Assembly: GCA_042565725.1 (NCBI GenBank)
Contig: JBHORK010000004.1
Coordinates: 2,750 to 66,749 of the forward strand
Source: Verrucomicrobiota bacterium
GTDB lineage: Bacteria > Verrucomicrobiota > Kiritimatiellia > UBA8416 > JBHORK01
Length of the DNA: 64,000 nucleotides
Direction of reading: 5' to 3'
The translations under genes were made by a program, and so were the position numbers. Position 1 is the stretch's first letter. Every line of letters starts with the position of its first letter. Below are positions 27,752 through 37,491 of the stretch, one piece after another. A model generated the notes under the pieces. That model saw only the letters and a program-made list of their open reading frames with translations. It was not told the DNA's origin and did not search any database.

Positions 27752-28960
27752 ATGGTGAATAGGTTTTTTAGAGATATACAAATACTGAAGCGCATGAACT
27801 GGCTGAACGTAGTTGCGGTAGGCTTGCTCGTGGTTATTGGGATTTTGTTCATTTACAGCGCCTGCTGTATGAGTGAAGAACAGTTAATGCGTTCTCTCTA
27901 CAAGAAACAGATGTTGTGGGCGGCGGCAGGTGTTTTGTGCTACTTGTCTTTTGCTGCGTATGACTACAGGCGATTCTGGAAAATCTCGTGGTGGGTGTAT
28001 GGCACGGTGGTGTTAATGTTGATTCTGGTTCTTTTTGTGGGCACGAAGTTGGGCGGTGCCAAACGGTGGCTGCCGCTTTTGCCTCAGGTGGGTCTTGGTA
28101 TTCAGCCGTCAGAGTTAGCGAAACTGGCGACTATTATTGTTCTGGCCAGAATAATGAGTAGGCCGGGATCGGATTTGCATCATATTAAATATATGCTGAT
28201 TATAATGGCGACGGTTCTGGTTCCGATGATGTTGGTGATCAAGGAGCCGGATCTTGGTACCGCGCTGATTTTTGTTCCGTTAACTTTTATTATGATGTTT
28301 ATCGGAGGGATTTCGCTGAGGATACTGGGTGTTTTATCTCTTGTCGGAGTTACCGTTGTCATGCTCTTTTTGGGGGCGTTGTTTCTGCCTGAGCAATTGG
28401 GGATGAGTAAGGAGCGCCAGCAGGAGATATCAAATCTTACGGGCCTGGGTGAATATCAGCAAAAACGTATTGTAACTTTTTTTCAGCCTGAGAAAGATCC
28501 GCTTGGCGCTGGTTGGAATAAGATGCAGTCAGAGATTGCAGTTGGGTCAGGGGGAGCATGGGGCAAAGGTTTTAAGAATGGCAGACAGAATATTCTTGGC
28601 TTTTTGCCGAGAAAAGTGGCGCCCACTGATTTTATTTATTCAGTGATTGCCGAGGAAAAGGGGTTTATGGGGTCTGTTGTAGTGCTTTCCCTTTTTGGGG
28701 CTCTTGTGGTTTTCGGGATGCGGACGGCCTGTATAGCAAGAGACAGAATGGGGAGGTTTTTATGTGTAGGGATAATTACAATGATATTTTGTCATGTGTT
28801 TATCAATATAGCAATGGCTATTGGACTTATGCCAATTACGGGTTTGCCTTTGCCTTTGCTGAGTTATGGTGGTTCGTTCATGGTTGTGACAATGTCAGCA
28901 CTTGGCATTGTTCAAAGTGTATATATTCGCTCCTGTCCGATGGAGCAGAGGTTTTTGTAG
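27752..28960 (+). CDS. rodA: Rod shape-determining protein RodA (SEDS family)
   Basis: GAKRWL, QPSELAK, EPDLGT, TDFIYSVIAEE and GLPLPLLSYGGS. Confidence 0.96.
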   Translation: MVNRFFRDIQILKRMNWLNVVAVGLLVVIGILFIYSACCMSEEQLMRSLYKKQMLWAAAGVLCYLSFAAYDYRRFWKISWWVYGTVVLMLILVLFVGTKLGGAKRWLPLLPQVGLGIQPSELAKLATIIVLARIMSRPGSDLHHIKYMLIIMATVLVPMMLVIKEPDLGTALIFVPLTFIMMFIGGISLRILGVLSLVGVTVVMLFLGALFLPEQLGMSKERQQEISNLTGLGEYQQKRIVTFFQPEKDPLGAGWNKMQSEIAVGSGGAWGKGFKNGRQNILGFLPRKVAPTDFIYSVIAEEKGFMGSVVVLSLFGALVVFGMRTACIARDRMGRFLCVGIITMIFCHVFINIAMAIGLMPITGLPLPLLSYGGSFMVVTMSALGIVQSVYIRSCPMEQRFL

Positions 28961-28969
28961 GAGGTAACG

Positions 28970-30550
28970 ATGTTAAAGTGGCTTTGTAAGGGTAACAGGA
29001 TTAAAAGAGAAATTATTATTAATTGCGAAAAGCTGGAGACGCGGGTTGCGATTCTGGAGGAAGGCAAACTTGAAGAGTTCCAGGTAGAGCATCCGATGAA
29101 AGAGCGGATTGTGGGCAGTGTCTTCAAGGGCAAGATCCAGAATCTTGAGAATGATCTTCAGGCGGCCTTTATTGATATTGGGCTTAGCAGGAATGCTTTT
29201 CTGCACTATTGGGATATCGTTCCCAATGGGGCTGCGATGTTTGATTTTGAGGAGACGGGACGAAGGAGCAGGGCTTCCCGCAAAGAACGGTTTACAAACG
29301 CAAAGATAGCCAAGCGTTTTCCGGTCGGCTCAGAGATCATTGTACAGGTTACAAAAGGTCCTATTGGGACAAAGGGCCCGCGTGTTACGGCGAGTTTGAG
29401 TATGCCCGGGCGGTATCTTGTATTGATGCCTGGGGCCAAGTTCAAAGGTGTCTCGCGTAAGATAGAAGACAGAAAAGAGAGGCAGAGACTCAAAAAAATA
29501 CTGATGCGTATGCCACTGCCTGAAAAAGCTGGACTGGTAGTCAGAACGGCTGCAATAGGGGCTCGGAAGACAAGTTTTGTTCGCGATTTGAGAGCTTTAA
29601 CGGCTACATGGAAAGAGCTTCAGGAGGCTATTGACTCTCAGTCGGCGCCATCTTGTGTGTATCAGGAGCTGGATCTTGTAGAGCGCGTTGTTCGTGATTG
29701 GTTGACCGAAGACGTGGATCGTATTGTTGTTGATTCAAAGGAGAAATTCGAAAAGTTAAGAGACATTGCGTCTAAGATCTCTCGCTCCGCTCGTTCAAAG
29801 ATCCATTACTATGACGGGGAATTGCCTGTTTTCGATCATTACGATGTGGAGCATCAGTTGGAGGAAGCATTTCGCCGAAAGGTTAAACTGAAATCCGGTG
29901 GTTATATAGTTTTTGATGAGACAGAGGCCCTCATTGCCGTTGATGTAAATACGGGTCGCCATAAGGGCAGAGGGTCTCAGGAAGAAGCAATATTACATGT
30001 AAATACCGAGGCTGTAGAGGAAGTGGCCCGTCAGTTAAAACTTCGCAATATTGGAGGGTTAGTTGTTCTTGATTTGATTGATATGAGGCTGAGAAAGCAT
30101 CAGAACGCAGTGTACCGAGCTATGAAAGCGGCGTTGAAGAGGGATCGCGCGAGGGCTAATGTCCTGCCCATATCTGGGTTAGGTATTATGGAAATGACTC
30201 GTCAACGGGTGGAGGAAAGTATTCTCTCATCAATGTATATTGACTGTACCTATTGTCACGGCAGGGGTAATGTTAAGTCTCCATTGAGCATGAGCGTGGA
30301 AATTCAGCGTCAAATTTCTGCGGTTATAAGAAAACACAGGGGAAGCCGTAAACCTATGAATCTACAGGTTGTTATTCATCCAACTGTCCTGGATCGTTTG
30401 CGGAATGAGGACGAAGCAATTCTTATTGAGTTGGAATCGAAGTTTGATGGGCATCTAGGCTTTAAGTCGGATCCTGCAGGTCATGTGGAGCGTTTTGTGA
30501 TTAGCGATGCCGATACAGGAAAAGTGTTGTACTTAAGCACGGATAAGTAA
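28970..30550 (+). CDS. Ribonuclease E/G family (Rne/Rng)
   Basis: S1 domain (AFIDIG), VQVTKGPIGTKGPR, IAVDVNTG, QLKLRNIGGLVVLDLIDM and CTYCHGRG zinc link. Confidence 0.95.
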   Translation: MLKWLCKGNRIKREIIINCEKLETRVAILEEGKLEEFQVEHPMKERIVGSVFKGKIQNLENDLQAAFIDIGLSRNAFLHYWDIVPNGAAMFDFEETGRRSRASRKERFTNAKIAKRFPVGSEIIVQVTKGPIGTKGPRVTASLSMPGRYLVLMPGAKFKGVSRKIEDRKERQRLKKILMRMPLPEKAGLVVRTAAIGARKTSFVRDLRALTATWKELQEAIDSQSAPSCVYQELDLVERVVRDWLTEDVDRIVVDSKEKFEKLRDIASKISRSARSKIHYYDGELPVFDHYDVEHQLEEAFRRKVKLKSGGYIVFDETEALIAVDVNTGRHKGRGSQEEAILHVNTEAVEEVARQLKLRNIGGLVVLDLIDMRLRKHQNAVYRAMKAALKRDRARANVLPISGLGIMEMTRQRVEESILSSMYIDCTYCHGRGNVKSPLSMSVEIQRQISAVIRKHRGSRKPMNLQVVIHPTVLDRLRNEDEAILIELESKFDGHLGFKSDPAGHVERFVISDADTGKVLYLSTDK

Positions 30551-30853
30551 GAGAATGATAAATTATAAATTATGAATGATGAATCAGAAAAGAAATCCTA
30601 AGCACCCGCCTTCGCGCAAGGCTACGGTGAGGCAGGCTAAACTCTAAATTCTAAACAATCCGCCGTCGCCAAGGCTATGGCGGGACAAGATTCCAATGAT
30701 TTAAATTCAAATGTTCAAAACGCAGAAAGTGCTCTGGAATGCACATTTGCAAGTATTGGCGCCGAATGTCTTGATCATTTGAACATTAGAATTTAGAATT
30801 TGTTTAGGATTTTCCGCCACAGGCGGATCAGCCGTGGTTGAAGATATTAGAAT
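30551..30853. repeat. Composite intergenic repeat region (heptamer arrays plus REP-like hairpins)
   Basis: GATAAAT/GATGAAT units, CTAAATT units, hairpins at 30606-30636 and 30660-30689, inverted TTAGAAT units, and TTCCGCCACAGGCGGATC (also at ~53401). Confidence 0.8.
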
Positions 30854-30901
30854 TTGATTGCGGCCGCAGGTCGACTTAGAGGAAATATCGGGATGTGTGT
30901 T

Positions 30902-33136
30902 ATGAATTATAAGTTGCCATTTTGCTGTTTGTTAGTGGCATTAAGTGCGGTAATCTTTACCGGGATATCGCAAGCTGCTGGAAACAAGAAAACATCATTT
31001 TACGATGCGGGACCTGGCTCAGGTGATTTGGAAATTAAATCCGAGAAACTTGAATACGATCGTCACACAGGATGGTGGCAAGCCTCAGGCAATGTTGTAA
31101 TCCGTAAAGGTGATCAAGAACTTCGCGCGAATAAAGTTCGAATTAACAGAAACACAGAGGTAGCTGAAGCCACTGGTGATGTTGTTCTGAAAAAAGCCGG
31201 CGAAGTGGTGTCGACAGGCCGTAGTTTACGGCATAATTTCAAAGATAAAACGGGAAGAATAGATAATGCAGTTTGGAAGGCGGATCCGTTTTATGGGGCT
31301 TCCGCAGAAATAAGGAAAAAACCCGACGACACGTTCGCGGCTTATGGAAATAAAGTTACCACCTGTACAAACAAATACCCTCATTGTCATTATCACCTTA
31401 AATCCCGCAAGCTGTCAGTTGTGCCCGGCGAACACATTAAGGCGTACGGATCTGTATTATATTTAGGCCGTGTTCCTGTGATGTACATGCCTTACTGGTA
31501 CAGGAACTTAAAGGAAGATTTTGGCTTCAGGTTGTACCCGGGTTATGGCAGCAGGATGGGAGTTTTTCTGTTGGGGTCATACAGATACCGGCTGAATCCT
31601 GTTTTAAAAGCCGAGACCCATCTGGATTACCGGACAAAGCGTGGTGTTGCGGTGGGCCAGGATTTGAAATGGCGGCATAAAAAAAATGGATCCGGAAAGT
31701 TGAATCTGTACTACGCAGATGATCAGAATCCCGATGCCGATCATAGTGACCGTGAGAATGAGGATCTTGAGAATGATCGGTATCGTATACGGCTTACGCA
31801 CGATTGGAATCTGAGTTGGAAAGATTATGTCTTATTAAAGGCAAATTACTTGAGTGATATCCACATTCTTGAAGATTTCTTTGATAAAGAATACAGAAAA
31901 AACGTTCAGCCGGAGAATTATTTCTCCTATACCCACAGAGAAGACAGTTTTACCGCTGGTGTCTATATGGGAGGCAGGCTTAATGATTTTTATTCAAGTG
32001 TTAATCGTATGCCGGAATGTTCTATCGATTTTGTACGGCAGCAGTTGGGCGAGAGCGCTTTTTATTATGAAGGTCAGGCAGCTGCGGCATCTTTGGCGCT
32101 GGTGCGGGAAAAAGACAGCACAGATGATGAATATTCAGCATTCCGGCTTGATTCATCTCATATGGTTTTTCGTCCGACCAGATATTTTGGATTCCTGAAT
32201 GTGATTCCACGGTGTGGTTATCAAGGAACATATTATTCAGATATACGTGATGAGACTATGTCTGTAACGAACATATCTCAAACTATGGTTACTAATACAG
32301 TTGTGGATAGCGGCGGCAATACTAATACATCGATATCCATCGCGCAGAGCACAAATGTTTCGGAAGTATTGGTTGCTACCAGAGGCGCTGATTTCAGATC
32401 AAAATTCGAGGTTGGGGTTGAGACTTCTTTTAAGGCATTTAAAACATGGGATGATATTGGAAACGGATTGCGACATGTGGTTGAGCCGTATGCGAACTAT
32501 ACGTATATACCGGAACCAACTTTACTTGCAGAAGACATTCACCAGTTTGACGATGTTGATACGCTTGAAGAGGATCATTCGATTCGATTCGGTGTGCGGA
32601 ACAAGTATCAAACCAAATTAGACAATCAGCCATTCGATTTAGTAGATGTTGATATATACACAAAATACGCAATAAAACGTGATTCAGAAGAAAAAGCGAT
32701 ACAGGATGTTGGTTTTGACGCGGAGTTCAGAGTAAGTGACTGGCTGGCGCTGGATATTGATGGCGTTTTTGATACTGATCAATCTGTTATGGGTGAATTC
32801 AATAGTCAGGTGTTTGTTTATTATGAGCCTTGGTGGAGCGCGAATGTTGAACACAGATATCGGTATGAGAACAGCAACCTGTTGTTCGGATATTTCACCT
32901 TTTATCCGAATAGGAATTGGGCTTTCAGCTCATATACACGTTATGAGCTGGATAACAGTCGTTTGGAGGAGCAGGCGGGATATATTCGGCGCAATTTTGA
33001 CTGTATGACAATAAGACTGGGCGTGGGGATGATTCCTGGTTATAGCGGGGATGATGGTTTCGAAAGAGATAATGAATGGAAATTTGTAGTGCAATTCTGG
33101 CTTACAGCCCTTCCCGACCTGAGCGTATCGGAATAG
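30902..33136 (+). CDS. lptD: LPS-assembly protein LptD (OstA) family
   Basis: Signal peptide, N-terminal jellyroll (ASGNVVIRKGDQELRANKV), TTC..PHYH, VPVMYMPY and GYGSRMG, then a beta-barrel. Start 30902 or 30893. Confidence 0.85.
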   Translation: MNYKLPFCCLLVALSAVIFTGISQAAGNKKTSFYDAGPGSGDLEIKSEKLEYDRHTGWWQASGNVVIRKGDQELRANKVRINRNTEVAEATGDVVLKKAGEVVSTGRSLRHNFKDKTGRIDNAVWKADPFYGASAEIRKKPDDTFAAYGNKVTTCTNKYPHCHYHLKSRKLSVVPGEHIKAYGSVLYLGRVPVMYMPYWYRNLKEDFGFRLYPGYGSRMGVFLLGSYRYRLNPVLKAETHLDYRTKRGVAVGQDLKWRHKKNGSGKLNLYYADDQNPDADHSDRENEDLENDRYRIRLTHDWNLSWKDYVLLKANYLSDIHILEDFFDKEYRKNVQPENYFSYTHREDSFTAGVYMGGRLNDFYSSVNRMPECSIDFVRQQLGESAFYYEGQAAAASLALVREKDSTDDEYSAFRLDSSHMVFRPTRYFGFLNVIPRCGYQGTYYSDIRDETMSVTNISQTMVTNTVVDSGGNTNTSISIAQSTNVSEVLVATRGADFRSKFEVGVETSFKAFKTWDDIGNGLRHVVEPYANYTYIPEPTLLAEDIHQFDDVDTLEEDHSIRFGVRNKYQTKLDNQPFDLVDVDIYTKYAIKRDSEEKAIQDVGFDAEFRVSDWLALDIDGVFDTDQSVMGEFNSQVFVYYEPWWSANVEHRYRYENSNLLFGYFTFYPNRNWAFSSYTRYELDNSRLEEQAGYIRRNFDCMTIRLGVGMIPGYSGDDGFERDNEWKFVVQFWLTALPDLSVSE

Positions 33137-33292
33137 ATGTGAGGAAGAATGGTTAATGGTTGGCGGGGACAGGTTACAAGCAGTGGAAAGATGAGACGTA
33201 ACCGTTAGACGATAGACGATTCGAGCTGCGCAACCGCAACCGTAGACCGTGGCAAAGAAGAGAAAGTAGAGAACAGAGGAGGAAGGACGGAT

Positions 33293-34228
33293 ATGGAGTA
33301 TCTTGTAACAGGCGGGGCGGGTTTTATTGGTTCTAATATTGTTCACACTCTTGTTAAAGACGGAAAATCTGTGAGAGTATTAGATAATCTTTATACCGGC
33401 AAACTGAATAATATTAGTGAAATCCTGACTGATATTGATTTTATGGAAGGCGATATCAGGGATGAGGCTTCTGTACGTAAGGCTGTTGATGGAGTTAAAA
33501 ACGTTTTGCATCTGGCAGCTTTGCCATCGGTAATAAGATCAGTCGAAGATCCTTTGAAATCCAACGATATCAATATGCTTGGAACTTTGAGAATGTTGAT
33601 TGCCAGTCGTGACGCAGGTGTTGACAGATTTGTTTTTTCTTCTTCATCTTCGGTTTACGGGGACACACCTACTTTGCCTAAGCATGAGGATATGGCTCCT
33701 ACTCCGCTATCTCCGTATGCTGTTCAAAAGTTGTCAGGAGAATTCTATTGCAGGATGTTTTATAAACTCTACGGTCTAAAAACTTTTTCGCTGAGGTATT
33801 TTAATATATTCGGGCCGAGACAGGATCCGTCTTCTCAGTATTCCGGAGTAATATCTTTGTTTGTTGAAGCTCTTAAAAATAATACACAACCGACCATTTA
33901 TGGTGACGGCGGGCAGACTCGAGATTTCACGTTTGTTGATGATGTTGTTCGGGCGAATTTATGTTGCTGTGACGCGTCGGAGAACGCGGCAGGGGATGTG
34001 TACAATGTTGCTCGCGGCGGAAGAGTTTCTATCAATGATCTTTTCTTTGCATTGGCCCGGATTATGAAGAAGGATATGAAGCCTGTTTACAGTGATCCGC
34101 GCGCAGGTGATGTGCGTGATTCGAAGGGTGATACCGGCAGGGCTCAAAAGGCGTTAAACTGGAAATCGGAAGTTGAGTTTGAGGAAGGCCTGAAGAGAAC
34201 GGTAGCGTACATTTTAAATGATGAATGA
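33293..34228 (+). CDS. NAD-dependent NDP-sugar epimerase/dehydratase (extended SDR)
   Basis: LVTGGAGFIGS, SSSSVYG, SPYAVQK (YxxxK), RYFNIFGPRQD and QTRDFTFV. Confidence 0.95.
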   Translation: MEYLVTGGAGFIGSNIVHTLVKDGKSVRVLDNLYTGKLNNISEILTDIDFMEGDIRDEASVRKAVDGVKNVLHLAALPSVIRSVEDPLKSNDINMLGTLRMLIASRDAGVDRFVFSSSSSVYGDTPTLPKHEDMAPTPLSPYAVQKLSGEFYCRMFYKLYGLKTFSLRYFNIFGPRQDPSSQYSGVISLFVEALKNNTQPTIYGDGGQTRDFTFVDDVVRANLCCCDASENAAGDVYNVARGGRVSINDLFFALARIMKKDMKPVYSDPRAGDVRDSKGDTGRAQKALNWKSEVEFEEGLKRTVAYILNDE

Positions 34229-34278
34229 TAAGTGATAAATGATGAATTAGTAAGGGTTGATAAATCCAGGTTTTATAA

Positions 34279-36651
34279 ATGACGCAGAAAGAAGCAAAGC
34301 GTTCCGCAATCCGCAATCCGCAATCCGCAATCCGCAATTCATATGATCCTTTACTATATGGCGGCAATCAGGACACAGGCCTTGTTGCTGTTGAACATGT
34401 CGAGAAGAAGACATCTGATCAGATCGTTTTGTTCTTTAGAGAGAACGATAAAATAATAGAGAAACAAGAGTCTTTCAATCCGTTTATTGCAGTTAATGCG
34501 GATGTTATTGCTGATTGCCCTCTTGAATTTAAATCAAAAAAGCTTAAGGGCCGCGGTCGGCTGAATCTCCTTGCCCTGTTTTCGTCTTGGAAAGACTTTC
34601 TTAAAGCAAAATCCTGGCTAACCAAAGAAACCGGATTTGCGCCCAGTGCGCCCGGTGCCCCGTTTTTATGTGTTAATGATCCGGTTCAGCAATACCTTAT
34701 GTTATCAGGCAGGACTCTCTTTCTGGGTATGGAGCTCGAGGATCTCAGGCGCATGCAGGTGGATATCGAATGTTTTACAACAGAGGGATATGAGTTCTGT
34801 AATGCTGAACGTGAAGGTGACAAAATAATAGCAATTGCGTTTGGTGATCAAACGGGATGGACAAAGGTTTTATCAGGAGGTGAACTGAGCGAAAAGGAAT
34901 TGCTGGAACAATTCGTAGCCATTATACAGGAACGCGACCCGGATGTTATAGAAGGCCATAATGTTTTCAACTTTGATCTTCGATATATAGCGAAACGTGC
35001 TAAGCGGCATGGCGTAAAACTGGCTGTAGGTAGGAATAGCGGTATGCCCGTATGGCGTCCCAGCAGGTTCAACGTTGGTGAGCGTACGATTTCGTATCAA
35101 CGCTGCAATATTTTCGGCAGGCATATAATTGATACGCTCTTTCTTACTCAGGCATATGATATTACACATCGTTCACTTAATGGGTATGGATTAAAAGAAG
35201 TTGCGATTCATTTCGGGCTGGCTCCTCGGAATCGTACTTATATTGAAGGTTCGAAAATCAGTAAAGAATTCGATCGAAATCCTGAAAAGGTAATGAAATA
35301 CGTTTGTGACGATATCAAAGAGACGCGTAAATTAAGTGAATTGCTCTCTCAGAGCGCTTTTATACAAACGCAAATGCTGCCGTATTCGTACCAGAATGCC
35401 TGTATCAGGGGGAACGCCACAAAGATCGACGCATTGATGATCAGGGAATATCTCAGGAAAGAACATTCCCTGCCTTTGCCTGATATAGCGCGTGAGTTTG
35501 CCGGCGGTTATACTGATATGTTTATCGAAGGGATAATTGAGAATGTTCATCATTGTGATGTTCGTTCTCTTTACCCGTCGCTGATGCTTACTCAGAAACT
35601 TGTTCCGAAAAGTGACAAGCTGGGTGTTTTTGAAGCGCTGTTAAGTAATCTTCGGGAATTTCGTATTAATGCCAAAGAAAGAATGCAGAAAAGTTCAACG
35701 GAATCGAAAAAAACATACTTTGATGCGCTTCAGGCAACTTTCAAAGTTCTGATTAACTCGTTTTACGGGTATCTTGGTTTCTCGCAGGCGCGCTTCAGTG
35801 ATTTTAAAGCCGCAGAGCAAGTCACAGCAGAAGGTCGGTCACTTCTTCAGTCCATGATAAAATGGATGCGGAAACATGGTGCAGAACCAATAGAAATTGA
35901 TACGGACGGGATCTACTTTGTTCCGCCGGGACAAAGTGACGCGGCGAAACGGCGAAGCGGGGACGCGGCGAAAGGGAATAAGAGTGAAGCGGGGAAACGG
36001 GTCCCGCAGTGGCGGGATCTCCGCTCCGCTCCGAGAAGCGGCGAGATAGAGAAGTTCAGGGAGGAATTTGCGAAGTTTCTGCCGGAGGGGATTGAAATAG
36101 AATTTGATGGTGAATATGAATCCATGTACAGCTATAAAATGAAGAATTATGCTCTGCTGACATATGATGGTGAAGTGATTATAAAGGGCGCGGCGTTAAA
36201 ATCGAGGGGATTGGAACCGTTTCAAAGGTCTTTCTTAAAGGAAGTAATTAAGTTGAAACTCGAAGGAAACGAAGAAAAGATTCCGCGATTGAAAAGTGAA
36301 TATGAAAAGGCCATAAGGAACAGGGAGTGGTCAATAGAAAAACTTGCAAAAACTGAGAATCTGCAGGACGCTCCATCAACCTACGCGGCCAAGCGCGCAC
36401 AGGGTAAGAGTTCGAGACGTGCTGTATATGAGCTGGCCTTGCGGTCCGGGCGTGATTATAAGGCAGGTGATCAGATATCCTATTATGTTACGGGTGAGAA
36501 AAAGAGTGTGGCTGTACATGAGAATTCGAAACTTGTTTCGGATTGGAACCCGAAGAAAAGAGATGAGAATGTTGTTTACTACTTAGCCAAGTTGGATGCA
36601 TTATATAAGAAATTTGGCGGGGAGGATATGCAGGGGAGATTGAATATATGA
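34279..36651 (+). CDS. polB: Family B DNA polymerase (Pol II-like) with a 3'-5' exonuclease domain
   Basis: Exo I DIECF, Exo II GHNVFNFD, Exo III YVCDD; polymerase motifs DVRSLYPS, KVLINSFYGY and EIDTDG. Confidence 0.93.
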   Translation: MTQKEAKRSAIRNPQSAIRNSYDPLLYGGNQDTGLVAVEHVEKKTSDQIVLFFRENDKIIEKQESFNPFIAVNADVIADCPLEFKSKKLKGRGRLNLLALFSSWKDFLKAKSWLTKETGFAPSAPGAPFLCVNDPVQQYLMLSGRTLFLGMELEDLRRMQVDIECFTTEGYEFCNAEREGDKIIAIAFGDQTGWTKVLSGGELSEKELLEQFVAIIQERDPDVIEGHNVFNFDLRYIAKRAKRHGVKLAVGRNSGMPVWRPSRFNVGERTISYQRCNIFGRHIIDTLFLTQAYDITHRSLNGYGLKEVAIHFGLAPRNRTYIEGSKISKEFDRNPEKVMKYVCDDIKETRKLSELLSQSAFIQTQMLPYSYQNACIRGNATKIDALMIREYLRKEHSLPLPDIAREFAGGYTDMFIEGIIENVHHCDVRSLYPSLMLTQKLVPKSDKLGVFEALLSNLREFRINAKERMQKSSTESKKTYFDALQATFKVLINSFYGYLGFSQARFSDFKAAEQVTAEGRSLLQSMIKWMRKHGAEPIEIDTDGIYFVPPGQSDAAKRRSGDAAKGNKSEAGKRVPQWRDLRSAPRSGEIEKFREEFAKFLPEGIEIEFDGEYESMYSYKMKNYALLTYDGEVIIKGAALKSRGLEPFQRSFLKEVIKLKLEGNEEKIPRLKSEYEKAIRNREWSIEKLAKTENLQDAPSTYAAKRAQGKSSRRAVYELALRSGRDYKAGDQISYYVTGEKKSVAVHENSKLVSDWNPKKRDENVVYYLAKLDALYKKFGGEDMQGRLNI
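34303..34337 (+). repeat. Perfect (TCCGCAA)5 tandem repeat within the polB 5' end
   Basis: Five exact 7-nt units, read in frame as SAIRNPQSAIRN. Confidence 0.95.
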
Positions 36652-36756
36652 GGGATGAGGGCTGAGACCCCGAAACAAGTACGGGGCCAAAGCGCCTGAA
36701 ACCTGAGTGGGGGGGGAGAAAGAGCCTGTCAATCTTGTCAAAAAAAGGAGCAGACT

Positions 36757-37191
36757 ATGAATAGTAAAGCTGGTTTTACATTGTTGGAGATATTGGTGGT
36801 TGTGTTGATTATTACTATTATCGCGACTATTGTCGGTGTTAAAGTCTTTCCGCAGCTTGGGAAAGCTAAAACGGCTGCTGCTATAGCGCAGATAAGTATA
36901 TTTGAACAGGCTCTCGATTTGTATCGTCTTGATAGTGGTCGATATCCCACTTCGGAGCAGGGCCTTAAGGCTCTTTGTGAGAAACCCGTTATTTCTCCTG
37001 TTCCGCAAAGGTATTCAGATGAGGGCTATTTGAAGAAAGGTCTTCCCCTTGATCCGTGGGAGCACAAATATATTTACCTGGTTCCGGGATCGGACGGTTC
37101 TGCTTATGAGATTATAAGTTACGGGTCTGACTGCGAGCCCGGTGGTTCAGGTGAAGCGGCCGATATTTCGAGTATAGATTTAGCCAAATAA
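36757..37191 (+). CDS. gspG: Type II secretion major pseudopilin GspG
   Basis: Prepilin cleavage site G|FTLLEILVV, ALDLYRLDSGRYPT and LPLDPWEHKYIY...SYGSD. Confidence 0.93.
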   Translation: MNSKAGFTLLEILVVVLIITIIATIVGVKVFPQLGKAKTAAAIAQISIFEQALDLYRLDSGRYPTSEQGLKALCEKPVISPVPQRYSDEGYLKKGLPLDPWEHKYIYLVPGSDGSAYEIISYGSDCEPGGSGEAADISSIDLAK

Positions 37192-37491
37192 CGGTATGTT
37201 AATTCTGTAAGAATCTTGTAAGTATTCATTCAGCCTGCGCCAACCTCCGTCAAGGCAAGCGGGGAGGCAGTATTCTTCTCTTTTAATTTTATATTGGTAA
37301 GTTTTCTCATGCCCTCAAATTTGTAAGGGAATCCCCTACAAAAATCACCCAAACCTCAGAAATCATCTGATAAAAAGCCCGGAATCTCGAGTTTTGCCTT
37401 ATTTCTTCTTGACAATGCTATTGTGCTAGTCTCAGCATATTAATACATGTATTTAAATTGCGTTTTGTGACGAAACGGAAGGATATAATTA

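Noticed and set aside
37409-37441. Sigma70 promoter for the giant LamG gene
   Set aside because: A perfect TTGACA is present, but there is no acceptable -10 hexamer at 16-18 bp spacing.
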